NCBI RefSeq assembly: GCF_964355755.1
Contig: NC_092677.1
Coordinates: forward strand, 24,725,175 to 24,789,174
DNA from: Antedon mediterranea
Lineage: Eukaryota > Animalia > Echinodermata
Direction of reading: 5' to 3'
DNA: 64,000 nucleotides
Shown one piece after another: positions 63,900-64,000 of the stretch. The translations under genes and the position numbers were made by a program. The notes under the pieces are model-generated. The model saw only the letters and a program-made list of their open reading frames with translations, was not told where the DNA came from and ran no database searches. Position 1 is the first letter of the stretch. Every line of letters begins with the position of its first letter.

Positions 63900-64000
63900 A
63901 TACAACACCTTTAATTTTAGAAACTATATTTGAATGTATTTTGTACTTATTTTTTTTGTATTAATTAGTACAGTTTATTTTTTGATAATAAGTTATTTTA

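Noticed and set aside
49547-64000. First coding exon of the TOX gene
   Set aside because: No ATG exon with a convincing phase-0 donor and TOX similarity could be identified by eye; it may lie beyond the window

Overview
AT-rich, intron-containing animal DNA, probably a marine invertebrate deuterostome (echinoderm-like; inferred from gene and repeat content only). Positions 1-37.7 kb hold a minus-strand tandem cluster of type-I membrane scavenger-receptor cysteine-rich (SRCR) genes, which I rebuilt exon by exon from GT-AG sites and exon phases. Gene A: signal peptide + 4 tandem SRCR exons + a terminal exon running off the window. B: pseudogene. C: signal + mucin WxxW domain + SRCR + TM. D and E: duplicated pair, each signal + 3 SRCR + TM. 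The tails of C, D and E are Cys-rich next to the membrane and carry PPxY motifs; D and E also carry PSAP. Positions 43.3-49.5 kb hold seven coding exons of a TOX-family HMG-box gene with a TOX4-type C-terminal Cys motif; its first exon was not found. The rest is introns and intergenic DNA with MITEs, SINEs, LINE ends and minisatellites. There are also Penelope-type retroelement pieces carrying minimal hammerhead ribozymes, one with a compensatory G3-C8 core.
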